Shown here: positions 30,789 to 40,391 of the stretch, piece after piece | How the letters are laid out: each line of letters begins with the position of its first letter | How positions within the stretch are numbered: the first letter of the stretch is position 1 | Origin: Candidatus Bathyarchaeia archaeon | Lineage (GTDB): Archaea; Thermoproteota; Bathyarchaeia; Bathyarchaeales; Bathycorpusculaceae | DNA: 64,000 nucleotides | Direction of reading: 5' to 3' | Assembly: GCA_049970895.1 (NCBI GenBank) | Contig: JBMFMB010000001.1 | Span: 135,544-199,543 of the forward strand | The notes under the pieces: generated by a model | What the model saw: the letters and a program-made list of their open reading frames with translations, nothing else | Databases searched by the model: none | Told to the model about the DNA's origin: nothing | Position numbers and translations under genes: made by a program

Positions 30789-31559
30789 TTGTCCTTCAAA
30801 GAGAAGATGACTGAAGCTTCCAGAGAAAGGGAGTCAAAAATTGTTTTGGCTTTAGACTTCCCCTACGAGAAGCTTGAAAACCGCAAAACCCTTCTTAAAA
30901 GGGCGAAAAAAGTCATTGACGCTGTTAGTCCTTACGTTTGTGCTGTCAAATTCAACCACCACCTAATTTTGCCGCTTGGAGTTTTCAACGGCGTCAAAAA
31001 ACTCTTGGAAAGGGCAAATGGAAAAGGGTTGCCAACAATAATGGATTGCAAGGTAAATGACATAGGTTCAACAAACCAAGTGATAGCCGAATACTATTAT
31101 GAGGCTGGCTTTGACGCTTTAATCGCCAATCCCTTTGTTGGTTGGGAGGAAGGTCTAAAACCAGTCTTTGAAGTTGCAAAAAACAGGCTTAAAGGCGTCA
31201 TAGTGCTCGTTTACATGAGCCATAAAGGCGCCAGCGAGGGCTATGGGCAGATGGTTGTGGACGCCGAAAGCGGAAGGAAAACACCACAATACATTGTCTT
31301 CGCCAAAAAAGCCCTAAAGTGGGGCGCCGACGGCGTCGTGGTGGGCGCCACATACCCAGAAAAGATAAGGGAAGTGCACATGGTTTTGGGTGGAAAAATC
31401 CCTATTTACTCGCCAGGCGTAGGCGTTCAAGGAGGCGACATAGAAGTAGCCCTAAAGGCTGGAGCCGCCTACCTCATTGTGGGACGGGCTATAACCATGG
31501 CTGAAAATCCAGCTGAAGCCGCCAAAAGGTTTAGGGACGTTGCAAGAAGCGTTAAATGA
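30789..31559 (+). CDS. pyrF: orotidine 5'-phosphate decarboxylase
   Basis: LALD, DCKVNDIGST, VVGAT, SPGVGVQGG, IVGRAI. Confidence 0.92.
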   Translation: MSFKEKMTEASRERESKIVLALDFPYEKLENRKTLLKRAKKVIDAVSPYVCAVKFNHHLILPLGVFNGVKKLLERANGKGLPTIMDCKVNDIGSTNQVIAEYYYEAGFDALIANPFVGWEEGLKPVFEVAKNRLKGVIVLVYMSHKGASEGYGQMVVDAESGRKTPQYIVFAKKALKWGADGVVVGATYPEKIREVHMVLGGKIPIYSPGVGVQGGDIEVALKAGAAYLIVGRAITMAENPAEAAKRFRDVARSVK

Positions 31560-31576
31560 AAAGCAAGGATTGTGGG

Positions 31577-31729
31577 TTATCTCTCCTTCCTTTCCCAAAG
31601 CTCCTTCTTTAGCAAGTCTCTGACAGCCGATCTTATGGCGGCACTTCTGCTCGGGTACATGTTCGCCCTAACAAGCTCGTCTAACCCTTCCAAATAGGCT
31701 TCGGGTAACAGCACCGTTACGAGTTTCAT
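31577..31729 (-). CDS. ribbon-helix-helix (CopG/CdrS-like) regulator, 50 aa, below the ORF-track cutoff
   Basis: MKLVTVLLPEAYLEGLDELVRANMYPSRSAAIRSAVRDLLKKELWERKER*; GGTGAG RBS. Confidence 0.88.
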   Translation of the reverse strand: MKLVTVLLPEAYLEGLDELVRANMYPSRSAAIRSAVRDLLKKELWERKER

Positions 31730-31780
31730 GCCTTTCTCACCCAACCATGTTATGCTTTTAACATGCTACAAATATAAGAT

Positions 31781-32128
31781 TTAAACAAGCTTCCCAACTA
31801 TGCGCTCCTCCGAAGCCCGAAGCTCCCTCATAACGCTTTGAAAGGTTTTGGGTACATCCTCAATGTGGAGGGTTCGGCGGCGAATCCCCTCCTGAACTGT
31901 TCCAGCGGCTATTAGGAGGCTTCCCAGAACATCGCTTAGGAAGGGTTCTGGAAAAACTATCAGGGCTAAGCCCAACTTGACAAGCCACGGCTTGTTGCCA
32001 TTGTTCCAAAGCCTTTTAGAGGCTTTAACCTCCCTAACAGTGCCACTTAAGGACTGGAGGAAATCGGCATGGCTTTCACTCAACTCGTTTAACGCTGTGG
32101 CTAAAGCTTTAGCCTCATCTGGTTTCAA
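31781..32128 (-). CDS. hypothetical protein with a hydrophobic hairpin
   Basis: KLGLALIVFPEPFLSDVLG; TTG start inferred after GGAGG. Confidence 0.6.
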   Translation of the reverse strand: MKPDEAKALATALNELSESHADFLQSLSGTVREVKASKRLWNNGNKPWLVKLGLALIVFPEPFLSDVLGSLLIAAGTVQEGIRRRTLHIEDVPKTFQSVMRELRASEERIVGKLV

Positions 32129-32374
32129 AGGGAAACCTCCTCTTTCTGCGTTAAGACAATGATACAGCAGCATAGAAAAACTTTAACAGTCAAGAAAAGG
32201 CTTTTCTGGTGGCTTTCAAGCCTTAGGGAACAGCTGTTTTTAAAAGTCTATTTCAAAATCGGCTGATTTTCCAGCGGCTTTTGATGTTTAATGAGTGAAA
32301 ATTTGCTCTTGACACGAAGGTGTAGGCCACCAAAATTATTATTTTGAAGCCTAAATAACCATGGTTAATGCGGG

Positions 32375-32830
32375 GTGATTCACGGCTTGTCGGATGAGCA
32401 GTACGGTTTTATTCTGTTGACCGACGAGAAATGGTGGAGTAGGCTTTGTGAAAGATGCAAGGGTGGCAAGAAATCGTATGCTTTTGTGAGGCGAAACCTT
32501 GTTGGACCTAAAAAGGCTGAGAAGCTGTTGTTCTATGTTAAGCGTCCATCAATGCAGATTAGGGGTGTTGCAGACTTCATAGAGCGGGTTGCCGGAGACC
32601 CAAAAGAGCTTTGGGAAAAGTATGGGGATGAAACATGCTTAAACTCTTACAAGGAATTTTTAGCTTTCCTTAAGGGCAGAGACAAAGCCACTTTCATAAT
32701 GTTCAAAAACTTCTGCGAACTTGAAAACCCCATACCTTTCGAAGCTTTGAAGAGGCTTTCTGGCGTTTTAAAGGTGCCTAGGGGCGGTAAATACATAAGT
32801 CGCGAAATAGTAAATCAGTTAATCACTTAA
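32375..32830 (+). CDS. PUA/ASCH/EVE-like domain protein
   Basis: LLFYVKRP..IRGVADF..ELWEKYG pattern. Confidence 0.6.
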   Translation: MIHGLSDEQYGFILLTDEKWWSRLCERCKGGKKSYAFVRRNLVGPKKAEKLLFYVKRPSMQIRGVADFIERVAGDPKELWEKYGDETCLNSYKEFLAFLKGRDKATFIMFKNFCELENPIPFEALKRLSGVLKVPRGGKYISREIVNQLIT

Positions 32831-32848
32831 AGGGCGAGGAGAAAAGGC

Positions 32849-34051
32849 ATGGAAAGTTTCAACCCGGAAAAATTTGTTGAAACACAGATTGCTGAAATAA
32901 GGAAGGCTATAGGCAACGAAAGGGCTTTGGTGGCTGTTTCCGGCGGTGTGGACAGCACAACATGCGCTGTTCTAACCCGCAAGGCTATAGGCGAAAACCT
33001 TGTCTGCGTGATTTTGGACGACGCCTTCATGCGGGAGGGCGAACCAGAAAAAGTCGCCGATATCCTATCAAAAGAGCCGTTCAAAGTGCCGGTTAAAATT
33101 GTCGACGTCCGTGAACGCTTTTTAAACGCTATGAAAGGCTTACGTGACGCAGAGGAAAAACGCAAAAAGTTCCGTGAAACCTTCTACACAGTCTTAAGCG
33201 AAACGGCGAAGAAGGAAAATTGCCGTGTTCTCGTGCAAGGCACTATACGGGCAGATGTTGTGGAAACTGTTGGCGGTGTAAAAACACAGCACAACGTTTT
33301 GGAGCAGATAGGCATAAACCCCATGGAAAAATTCGGATTCAAAGTTGTTGAGCCGCTACTGATGCTTTATAAGGAGCAGGTGCGGATGGTTGCCAGATAT
33401 CTAGGTCTGCCACCAGAAGTTTCTGAAAGGCAACCCTTCCCAGGACCAGGCTTAGCGGTGCGGGTTGTAGGCGAAATCCGCCCGGATAAATTGGAAACAC
33501 TGAAAAAGGCAACAACGATAGTTGAAGAGGCCATTGCCGAGCATAAGCCAAGCCAATACTTCGCCGCAATAATAGACAACGAGGAGGCACCAGCCAAACC
33601 CTCAACGTCGCATGTGCAGGAAACAGTGGCACGCCTCCTAAACGTGCCATCAAGAAACGTCCACATCAAAGTTTTTAGGGACAAAGCCACAGGCGTGAAA
33701 GGCGGCGAGAGACGCTACGGGAAAATAGTTGGCGTGAAAGCTGAAACCGCGGAGGGCAAAGCCTTCCAGGCGGATATATCGAAGCTTGTTTCTTTGCAGG
33801 CTAAGATAACTAGCGAAAACCCGACAATAACAAGGGTGCTCTACGCTGTTAGGGAAACTTCCGAGAAAAAGCCCTACGTTATAAGCATAAGAGCCATACA
33901 AACAAAAGACTTCTTAACGGCGCAAGTCTCAGAATTACCGTGGAAGACTCTGGAGAAGACAGCCAATGAAATTCTTGCGAGATGCCAAAACGTTTCAGCA
34001 GTTTACTATGATGTTACACCTAAGCCTCCAGCCACCATAGAAATGGAGTAG
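32849..34051 (+). CDS. guaAB: GMP synthase ATP-pyrophosphatase subunit (B), extended C-terminus
   Basis: SGGVDS PP-loop, KTQHNV, RQPFPGPGL, YDVTPKPPATIEME. Confidence 0.9.
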   Translation: MESFNPEKFVETQIAEIRKAIGNERALVAVSGGVDSTTCAVLTRKAIGENLVCVILDDAFMREGEPEKVADILSKEPFKVPVKIVDVRERFLNAMKGLRDAEEKRKKFRETFYTVLSETAKKENCRVLVQGTIRADVVETVGGVKTQHNVLEQIGINPMEKFGFKVVEPLLMLYKEQVRMVARYLGLPPEVSERQPFPGPGLAVRVVGEIRPDKLETLKKATTIVEEAIAEHKPSQYFAAIIDNEEAPAKPSTSHVQETVARLLNVPSRNVHIKVFRDKATGVKGGERRYGKIVGVKAETAEGKAFQADISKLVSLQAKITSENPTITRVLYAVRETSEKKPYVISIRAIQTKDFLTAQVSELPWKTLEKTANEILARCQNVSAVYYDVTPKPPATIEME

Positions 34052-34056
34052 GCGTT

Positions 34057-35316
34057 TTAGGCTTCCCTTTTCTCCGGCTCCTTAACCCTAAACAAGACTA
34101 TGAGTAGGGCAATTACATCCAAGGGAACACACAACAGGAACGGGGCTGTTGGATGCACATTCTCGTATAGAATTCCTCCAATAAAAGAGCCTAAGGCCCC
34201 GGCGAGGATGTAGAGGGCGCCTGTGCTTCCCATTATCCTGCCCCTCATCTCTTTTGGAACTATGTCTGCTTGCAGTGCCGCCGTTGCTGGACCAAAAAGA
34301 ACCGAAGCCACGGCGAAGAAGGCGTAAACTATGGCGAACATCAGAAAATTATTGGAGAGAACAAAGAAAAATGCTGCCGGCGTGAATATCATGTGAGCCA
34401 GTATTAAGGCTTTCCTCCTTCCAATAATGTCTATGGCTTTACCCAGCAAGAGCCCAACAGCAAGCATTGTCGCCAAATTTATTGTGTTCACAGCACCCCA
34501 CTCAACATCGCTTAACCCAACAAATTGCAAGACGTAGAGGGAGCCGAAACGATAAAAGAAGGGGTCTGTAAAAGCTATAATTAAAGTTGACATTAAAAGG
34601 AAAACCAAACTTTTTGGCATAAGCTTCCAGCAGGCGAAAATTTCTTTGGCAGATTCCTTAAACGCCAGCTTAAGCTCTTTAAAACTGATGTCTTTAGGCT
34701 CCTTCAACGTCTCTTTTAAGAAAGCGTGACGCAGAACAGCGGCAACCAAACCAACAGCAAGCACTATGGCGTAGATTATGCGCATCCCAGGGTCAATGGA
34801 GTATTGGCTTACTATGGCTCCGGCAATTAAAGGCATAAATATTGAAGGTAGGAATGGCAAAACTCTGTAGGCAGCGTATCCAAAGCCGCGCTTTTCAGGC
34901 GAAATGGAATCCGCCTCAATGGCTTCAAGAGCCGACTGGTAGATTAGGCAAATGTTCGATACGATTACGCCAACAAAATAGAAAATCCAGTTGGGAGCCA
35001 GAATGAAGAAGATGTTTGCCAAGACAACGCCATAAGTCATTGTCACAATTATCTGCCTTCTACCATGCTTGTCAGTTATGTAGCCTCCGGGAATTCTCAC
35101 AAAAAATAGGATGAATGAGCCTACGGCTCCGATGACGCCTATCATTGTGGCGGAGGCTCCGAGGCTTTCTATGAATGGCGATTCGAAGGGTGATGTCATG
35201 GCATAGCCCATGTTGAAGAGAAGGTAGCTTAGAAGAAGAACTAGGAAATTCCCCTGAATGAAGGCGAACTCCCTTTTAATTCTGCTCCACAACTGGAATC
35301 GCGATTCCAAAAACAA
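34057..35316 (-). CDS. MFS transporter
   Basis: 12-TM pattern, GYITDKHGRR motif A. Confidence 0.9.
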   Translation of the reverse strand: MFLESRFQLWSRIKREFAFIQGNFLVLLLSYLLFNMGYAMTSPFESPFIESLGASATMIGVIGAVGSFILFFVRIPGGYITDKHGRRQIIVTMTYGVVLANIFFILAPNWIFYFVGVIVSNICLIYQSALEAIEADSISPEKRGFGYAAYRVLPFLPSIFMPLIAGAIVSQYSIDPGMRIIYAIVLAVGLVAAVLRHAFLKETLKEPKDISFKELKLAFKESAKEIFACWKLMPKSLVFLLMSTLIIAFTDPFFYRFGSLYVLQFVGLSDVEWGAVNTINLATMLAVGLLLGKAIDIIGRRKALILAHMIFTPAAFFFVLSNNFLMFAIVYAFFAVASVLFGPATAALQADIVPKEMRGRIMGSTGALYILAGALGSFIGGILYENVHPTAPFLLCVPLDVIALLIVLFRVKEPEKREA

Positions 35317-35377
35317 CGTTCAACCATATAAACTGCTCTAAAACTCTAAATAGCCGTGTTCCGACTCTCTAAGGGGG

Positions 35378-35710
35378 ATGAGCATGTTCCGTGTTAGAGT
35401 GAACAAGATTGAGTCTATCCGCGACATTGACGGAAACCTTGGAAAACGTATAGAGCTTGTTGAAGAGCGCCCAGTTCCACAGTTCGCCATAAGACCCCAA
35501 ACCGAAGAGGCGAAAGTTGTGCAGGATGTCCTCCAAGCGCTTCAACAGCAACTGCCCATCTTTCCCGGACGAGTGCGGTTCACAATTCCAAAAGTAATAC
35601 TTTTCCTAACAGAGCAAGAGTATGAAAGCCTGGGCATAGACTTTGACGTCAACCAGATTTATGAGATAACCCTTGAAAACCAGTCCATAAAGTTTAGGAA
35701 AAGCGGATAA
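35378..35710 (+). CDS. arcadin-1-like protein
   Basis: KRIELVEE..PKVILFLTEQEYE..DVNQIYEI pattern resembles crenarchaeal arcadin-1 (recalled). Confidence 0.7.
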   Translation: MSMFRVRVNKIESIRDIDGNLGKRIELVEERPVPQFAIRPQTEEAKVVQDVLQALQQQLPIFPGRVRFTIPKVILFLTEQEYESLGIDFDVNQIYEITLENQSIKFRKSG

Positions 35711-36028
35711 TCTCCCTCCTAATCTTTCTTAAAGCCGAATATTTTGGATGGAAGGACAAAACAAACATCATATTCCTCAAAGCTGTGCAAACCTTCTGCA
35801 TTGTTTCCCGTTTCCTTGTCACAGTAAAGCGGCACAGGTTCATTTTCACCATCCTCATAATAGACGTAAATGGGTGCCTTCACACCCTTTAACGGAACAA
35901 CCTTAAAGCCTAAAATTCAGCATATTGGCAGTCTTCTTAACCGCAACGCTCACAGCCCTCAACCGTTCTTCACGGGTTTCCGCACTTGAAACATAAACCA
36001 ACAATTTTCCACGATTAGCCTCCAGCAT
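35694..36028 (-). pseudogene. frameshifted hypothetical protein
   Basis: MLEANRGKLLVYV.. / APIYVYYE..PVPLYCD / LRNMMFVLSFHPKY read protein-like across frame changes. Confidence 0.5.
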
Positions 36029-36182
36029 CAGGCTAAGCCTCCAGAAAACGGGTCTTGAACCCCAGTCTTTTTAAGGTGAATGACGAGACGACAAAACTAT
36101 CCTCTAGAGAGAGTTAAGTTAAAGTGAAAGAGGAAGAATTTATTGAAGCAGTCTAAAAATTTTCATCTGAGGAGAATCCTGC

Positions 36183-37064
36183 ATGCATGAGGAACTGCTA
36201 AAAATTCTTGCATGCCCAATATGTAAAACTCCGCTGGTCTTTAATGGAAAAACCGTGGAAAAACGCCTTGTTAATGGATTTTTAAAATGCGGTGAAGGGC
36301 ACATGTATCAAGTCAAAGAGGAAATTGGACTAATTAAAGATGCAAAGCTATCTGCGGATGAATTTACATGGAAAGTGGACGTGGCTGATGAACGTAAATA
36401 TGATGAAATACAAAGGCAATACCTCTCATATTTGCATGAAGACCAAAAAGCAGCACTAGAAAAGCTCAAAAAGAAACTCGTCTACTACGTTACCGCCTCA
36501 TGCAAAGAGTCTGATAACATGGTTTTGGACATCGCAAGCGGGATGGGCAGATTTATCTTGCAACTTGCAGAAAAAGGCCCCAAAGACATTCTGATTATTG
36601 GCACAGACGTGGATGAAAAACCACTGCGTGGAGCCATGGGAAAAGCTAAAAATCTTGGAATTTATGATCGACTTTCACTTGTAGTTACCGATGCAAAACA
36701 TCTGTCCTTTCAAAACCAAACTTTTTCAATAATATCATCTTTCTTCGGATTTGACAACATCCCAGAAACTGTTTTAGCTCTTAAGGAAAGTTTTCGAGTC
36801 TTAAAACCAAACGGAAAAGTGGTTTTCACGTCCATCTGGTATAGGGAGGGTTCCAAGAGCATGGAAGTTGCTGAACAATACAAGGTGGCGCAAATAGCAA
36901 GCGAAAATAGACTCAAACAAGTATTGGAAAAAGCTGGCTTCATATTAGACTGGGTTGAAGAGGTCTATTCTGGTGTTTGGCCCTACAATCCCATGGATTT
37001 GCTACCAATTCATGGCGAAGAATATTCCCATGTCATTGTTCAGGCAAGAAAACCTTTCAAATAA
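36183..37064 (+). CDS. class I SAM-dependent methyltransferase with Trm112-like N-terminus
   Basis: LKILACPICK..C..H N-terminus; VLDIASGMG; RVLKPNG. Confidence 0.85.
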   Translation: MHEELLKILACPICKTPLVFNGKTVEKRLVNGFLKCGEGHMYQVKEEIGLIKDAKLSADEFTWKVDVADERKYDEIQRQYLSYLHEDQKAALEKLKKKLVYYVTASCKESDNMVLDIASGMGRFILQLAEKGPKDILIIGTDVDEKPLRGAMGKAKNLGIYDRLSLVVTDAKHLSFQNQTFSIISSFFGFDNIPETVLALKESFRVLKPNGKVVFTSIWYREGSKSMEVAEQYKVAQIASENRLKQVLEKAGFILDWVEEVYSGVWPYNPMDLLPIHGEEYSHVIVQARKPFK

Positions 37065-37109
37065 TTTCCAAATTTAAAATAGATAGGCTTTGTTTAGAAG
37101 GTTGGCGCC

Positions 37110-37385
37110 ATGAAGGTTAGGGCGCACGTTTTTGTCAGCGGGCGTGTTCAAGGGGTGTTTTTTAGGTCTGAAACTAGGCATGAGGCTAGACTGCGAGGCG
37201 TTAAGGGCTGGGTTCGCAACCTTCCAGATGGAAGGGTTGAAGCCGTTTTTGAGGGCGAAGAAGAAGCCGTAAAAGCCCTCATAGACTTCTGTAGGCGGGG
37301 GCCGCCAGGAGCAAAAGTTACAAAGGTGGAAGTGCGGTGGGAGAATTATACTGGCGAGTTCCGCGACTTCGAAATAAGGTTTTAG
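37110..37385 (+). CDS. acyP: acylphosphatase
   Basis: [22 protein letters not shown]. Confidence 0.95.
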   Translation: MKVRAHVFVSGRVQGVFFRSETRHEARLRGVKGWVRNLPDGRVEAVFEGEEEAVKALIDFCRRGPPGAKVTKVEVRWENYTGEFRDFEIRF

Positions 37386-37795
37386 CCCATTCTCCTCTTT
37401 GGTATGCGGAAGTGGCTTTCTTTTCCAGCGCTTATGTAGTCTCCTCCTGCTCCTCTTGCTATTTGGGCGATTTTTGCAAAGTTTTCGGCGCCTAGGTACT
37501 GGCGGGGCGTGATTTTGATGTATTCGCCTTTATCTTCGAAGTTTAGAAGTCCTTCTAAATCTTCTGGGAACATCATTTTAACGTCGTCGATGCTTAGGGG
37601 TTTTTCTGCTTGGGGAGCCTCTGGCGCTGGTGCGGATGGTGTGGGTGCTGTTGGCTGTGGGGCAAGCTGGGAGACGGCTATAGATTTTAATGATGCTGAA
37701 ACTATTCTTAGGTCTTCTGCTATGTTGTTTAAAACCACGAGGAGTTCGTCCACTTTTTCCGCGAGTTTTTCGATGCGCTCTTTCTCCGTGCTCAT
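37382..37795 (-). CDS. hypothetical protein (coiled coil, Pro-rich linker, small globular domain)
   Basis: clear three-part composition; ATG at 37795 inferred. Confidence 0.7.
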   Translation of the reverse strand: MSTEKERIEKLAEKVDELLVVLNNIAEDLRIVSASLKSIAVSQLAPQPTAPTPSAPAPEAPQAEKPLSIDDVKMMFPEDLEGLLNFEDKGEYIKITPRQYLGAENFAKIAQIARGAGGDYISAGKESHFRIPKRRMG

Positions 37796-37901
37796 GTGCT
37801 GGTTCACGCTCTTTCAAATGCTTAATACCCTTATAGCCGTATTTAATTATTGTCTGTGAAAGCCACCACAGCGTTCAAGGCGAAGAGGAGCCATTTCACC
37901 A

Positions 37902-38939
37902 TTGATTGAGATTGATGGAAGCCAGAAAAGCGGAAGCGGAACAATATTAAGGCTTTCAGTAGCCCTAGCCTCCATTCTTGGAAAGCCGCTTCATATATAC
38001 AACATCCGCCAAAACAGACCACAACCAGGCTTGAGGCCGCAACACTTGGAGGCAGTTTTAACAGCGGCGAAACTATGCGGCGCAGAAGTTAAAGGCGCCG
38101 TCTTAAACTCTCGGGAACTCTGGTTCACTCCAAAAACGGTTAGAGGCGGAGTTTTTGAGGCTGAGATTGGCACTGCTGGGAGCATACCAATGCTTATTAT
38201 GACCGTGTTGCCCATATGCATCTTCGCAGAGAAGAGCGTCCGCCTCCACATTTCAAGAGGTGGAACAGACGTCTCCCACTCGCCAACAATAAATTACATG
38301 CGCTTTGTCTTCTTGCCAGTTTTGAGGCGGATGGGCATAAACGCCGACATAACAGTTCAAAAGTATGGTTATTACCCGAAAGGCATGGGAGAAGTAACCC
38401 TAACAGTTGAGCCTTGCAAAGAGCTTAAGCCCATATGCCTAGAAGAATTCGGCAACATAAAAACCGTTAAGGGCATGTCGGTTTGCACATTTTTGGCGGA
38501 TAGGCGGGTGGCTGAACGCCAAGCAAAAGCCGCCAACAACCACCTACAGAAGTATGGGTTGGAAGCGGAAATCCAAATCGTAAATGACCGTTCTAATCCG
38601 CTTCAGAAGGGAAGCTCCCTAGTGCTTTGGGCTGAAACTGACCGTAGTGCGGTGCTAGGCGCAGACGCCATTGGAGAGCTTGGAAAAACGAGCGAGGCTG
38701 TTGGGGTTGAGGCTGCCGAAAAGCTTCACGCCGAAGTTTCTTCAAAGGCTACTGTTGATGTGCATTTGGCTGACATGCTCATCCCATATGTGGCACTGGC
38801 TAGAGGTAGATCTGCCTACCTAACAAGAGCCATATCAGACCATTTGGAAACAAATATTTGGCTGGCTGAAACCCTCCTAGGCGTAAAATTCAATGTTGAG
38901 CGCGTTAACGGGCTTTACGTGGTTGAAAGGGTTGGCTAG
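37902..38939 (+). CDS. rtcA: RNA 3'-terminal phosphate cyclase
   Basis: IEIDGS, RPQPGLRPQHL, GGTDV, GYYPKG, DVHLADML. Confidence 0.93.
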   Translation: MIEIDGSQKSGSGTILRLSVALASILGKPLHIYNIRQNRPQPGLRPQHLEAVLTAAKLCGAEVKGAVLNSRELWFTPKTVRGGVFEAEIGTAGSIPMLIMTVLPICIFAEKSVRLHISRGGTDVSHSPTINYMRFVFLPVLRRMGINADITVQKYGYYPKGMGEVTLTVEPCKELKPICLEEFGNIKTVKGMSVCTFLADRRVAERQAKAANNHLQKYGLEAEIQIVNDRSNPLQKGSSLVLWAETDRSAVLGADAIGELGKTSEAVGVEAAEKLHAEVSSKATVDVHLADMLIPYVALARGRSAYLTRAISDHLETNIWLAETLLGVKFNVERVNGLYVVERVG

Positions 38940-38941
38940 CC

Positions 38942-40354
38942 TTGAAAGCCAAAGTTAGGGGTATATACACAACAGCCTTGACAAAACTGCTCTTGGAAAA
39001 TGGCTTCCAAATAGTTCAGCCATCCCAAACCATAAAGGCGCGTTTTGGCATACCGGACAACAACGAACCTCCAGACCTAAAGATTAAAGATAGACATGAC
39101 CTTCAAGGAGTGGTAGCGCTTGGCACACCAGAAGCGGTAAAGGCTTTCCAAAGCATTTTGCACTCTTCGCTGGAGGATGCCATAACAAGGAAATGGAACG
39201 TAAGCGTGGACGGCATATACAAGGGCAAAATCATAGGCGAAAGCAGCGACGCATTCCACGTCTTAATAGGCGAGGACGTTGTTGGAGTGCTTCCAAAACA
39301 AGAAGCCCAAAACGAAAATACGTTAATAGTTCAAGTTTTGAGAAAACGCATCGGAAGAAAAACCCCAGTTTTGACCACCCAGCTAAAGATTGTTGGAAAA
39401 AACGCCATTCTAGTGCAGAAAAGCAATGGTGGTGTAAGCCTAAAAATTAGAGACGTAAACAGGAGGGCTGAGCTTTACGCCCTTGGAAAACAACTGGCAC
39501 CCCAAGGATGGGGCATAATTTGGCGAGAGCCAGCAGCCCACATGCCAAAAACAGTTTTAGAAAACGAGGTGGCAACACTCTGCGAAAAAGTTAAAGTCCT
39601 AAACGAGAACGCGCCACTAGCTGATGCACCAGCCTTGCTCGTTGAAGGCTTATACTTTATGGACGTTGAGTTCCCAAGCCTTTCAAAGGCTAGGCTAGAC
39701 GCGTTAAGGGCTTCTGTTTCACCAACCATTAATGGACACCACTTCTATAAGAGCTGCGGCGGCAAGGTTTCAGCAGCCCTAGAAATGGCTGAAAAACTCT
39801 TGGAAAAGGGGCAGAGCAGAAGTGAGGTTGAAGAAATTTTAAGGGAGCAAGTTCGGCTTGAGCTTCCAGAGGAGGGTTCAGCGGTTGATGTGGAACACGT
39901 TAAGCTTAGCGGTGCCGTCTTTCACCTTGGACAAGCAACGGTTGAAGCCATAAACAGCCAAGAGCTAAGATATAGCAGAACCATTAGGGCTGACGGCTTT
40001 TACGACGGGCTTAGCATGGCAAAAGAGGCTGGTGACAAGGCTGTAAGCGAAACAAGGCTTGGAGAATGGCACATAACAACAAACTACTTCTCAAAGGATG
40101 GACGATGGAAAGGGGCATACATAAACATAAACACGCCTGTGGAAATCTACCCAGACGCAGTGCGCTACATAGATCTAGAAGTGGACGTTTGCATCCGACC
40201 AGATGGCAAAACAAAAGTTGTTGATATGGAGAAGCTTGAAAAAGCCTTGGAAAAGGGCGTTATAAGCAGAACACTCTTCGAGAAGGTTAAAGAAGCCGTT
40301 GCGGCGGTAACAGAAAAAAGTTTTGTTAATGGGCTTTCGGCTAAATTTATTTAG
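38942..40354 (+). CDS. FAU-1 / RNase E-G-like RNA-binding ribonuclease (DUF402)
   Basis: VRGIYTTALT, YININTPVE, YIDLEVDV. Confidence 0.85.
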   Translation: MKAKVRGIYTTALTKLLLENGFQIVQPSQTIKARFGIPDNNEPPDLKIKDRHDLQGVVALGTPEAVKAFQSILHSSLEDAITRKWNVSVDGIYKGKIIGESSDAFHVLIGEDVVGVLPKQEAQNENTLIVQVLRKRIGRKTPVLTTQLKIVGKNAILVQKSNGGVSLKIRDVNRRAELYALGKQLAPQGWGIIWREPAAHMPKTVLENEVATLCEKVKVLNENAPLADAPALLVEGLYFMDVEFPSLSKARLDALRASVSPTINGHHFYKSCGGKVSAALEMAEKLLEKGQSRSEVEEILREQVRLELPEEGSAVDVEHVKLSGAVFHLGQATVEAINSQELRYSRTIRADGFYDGLSMAKEAGDKAVSETRLGEWHITTNYFSKDGRWKGAYININTPVEIYPDAVRYIDLEVDVCIRPDGKTKVVDMEKLEKALEKGVISRTLFEKVKEAVAAVTEKSFVNGLSAKFI

Positions 40355-40391
40355 CTTCTCCTCGCCTTATTTTCCAGACAAGAGTGGAAAT

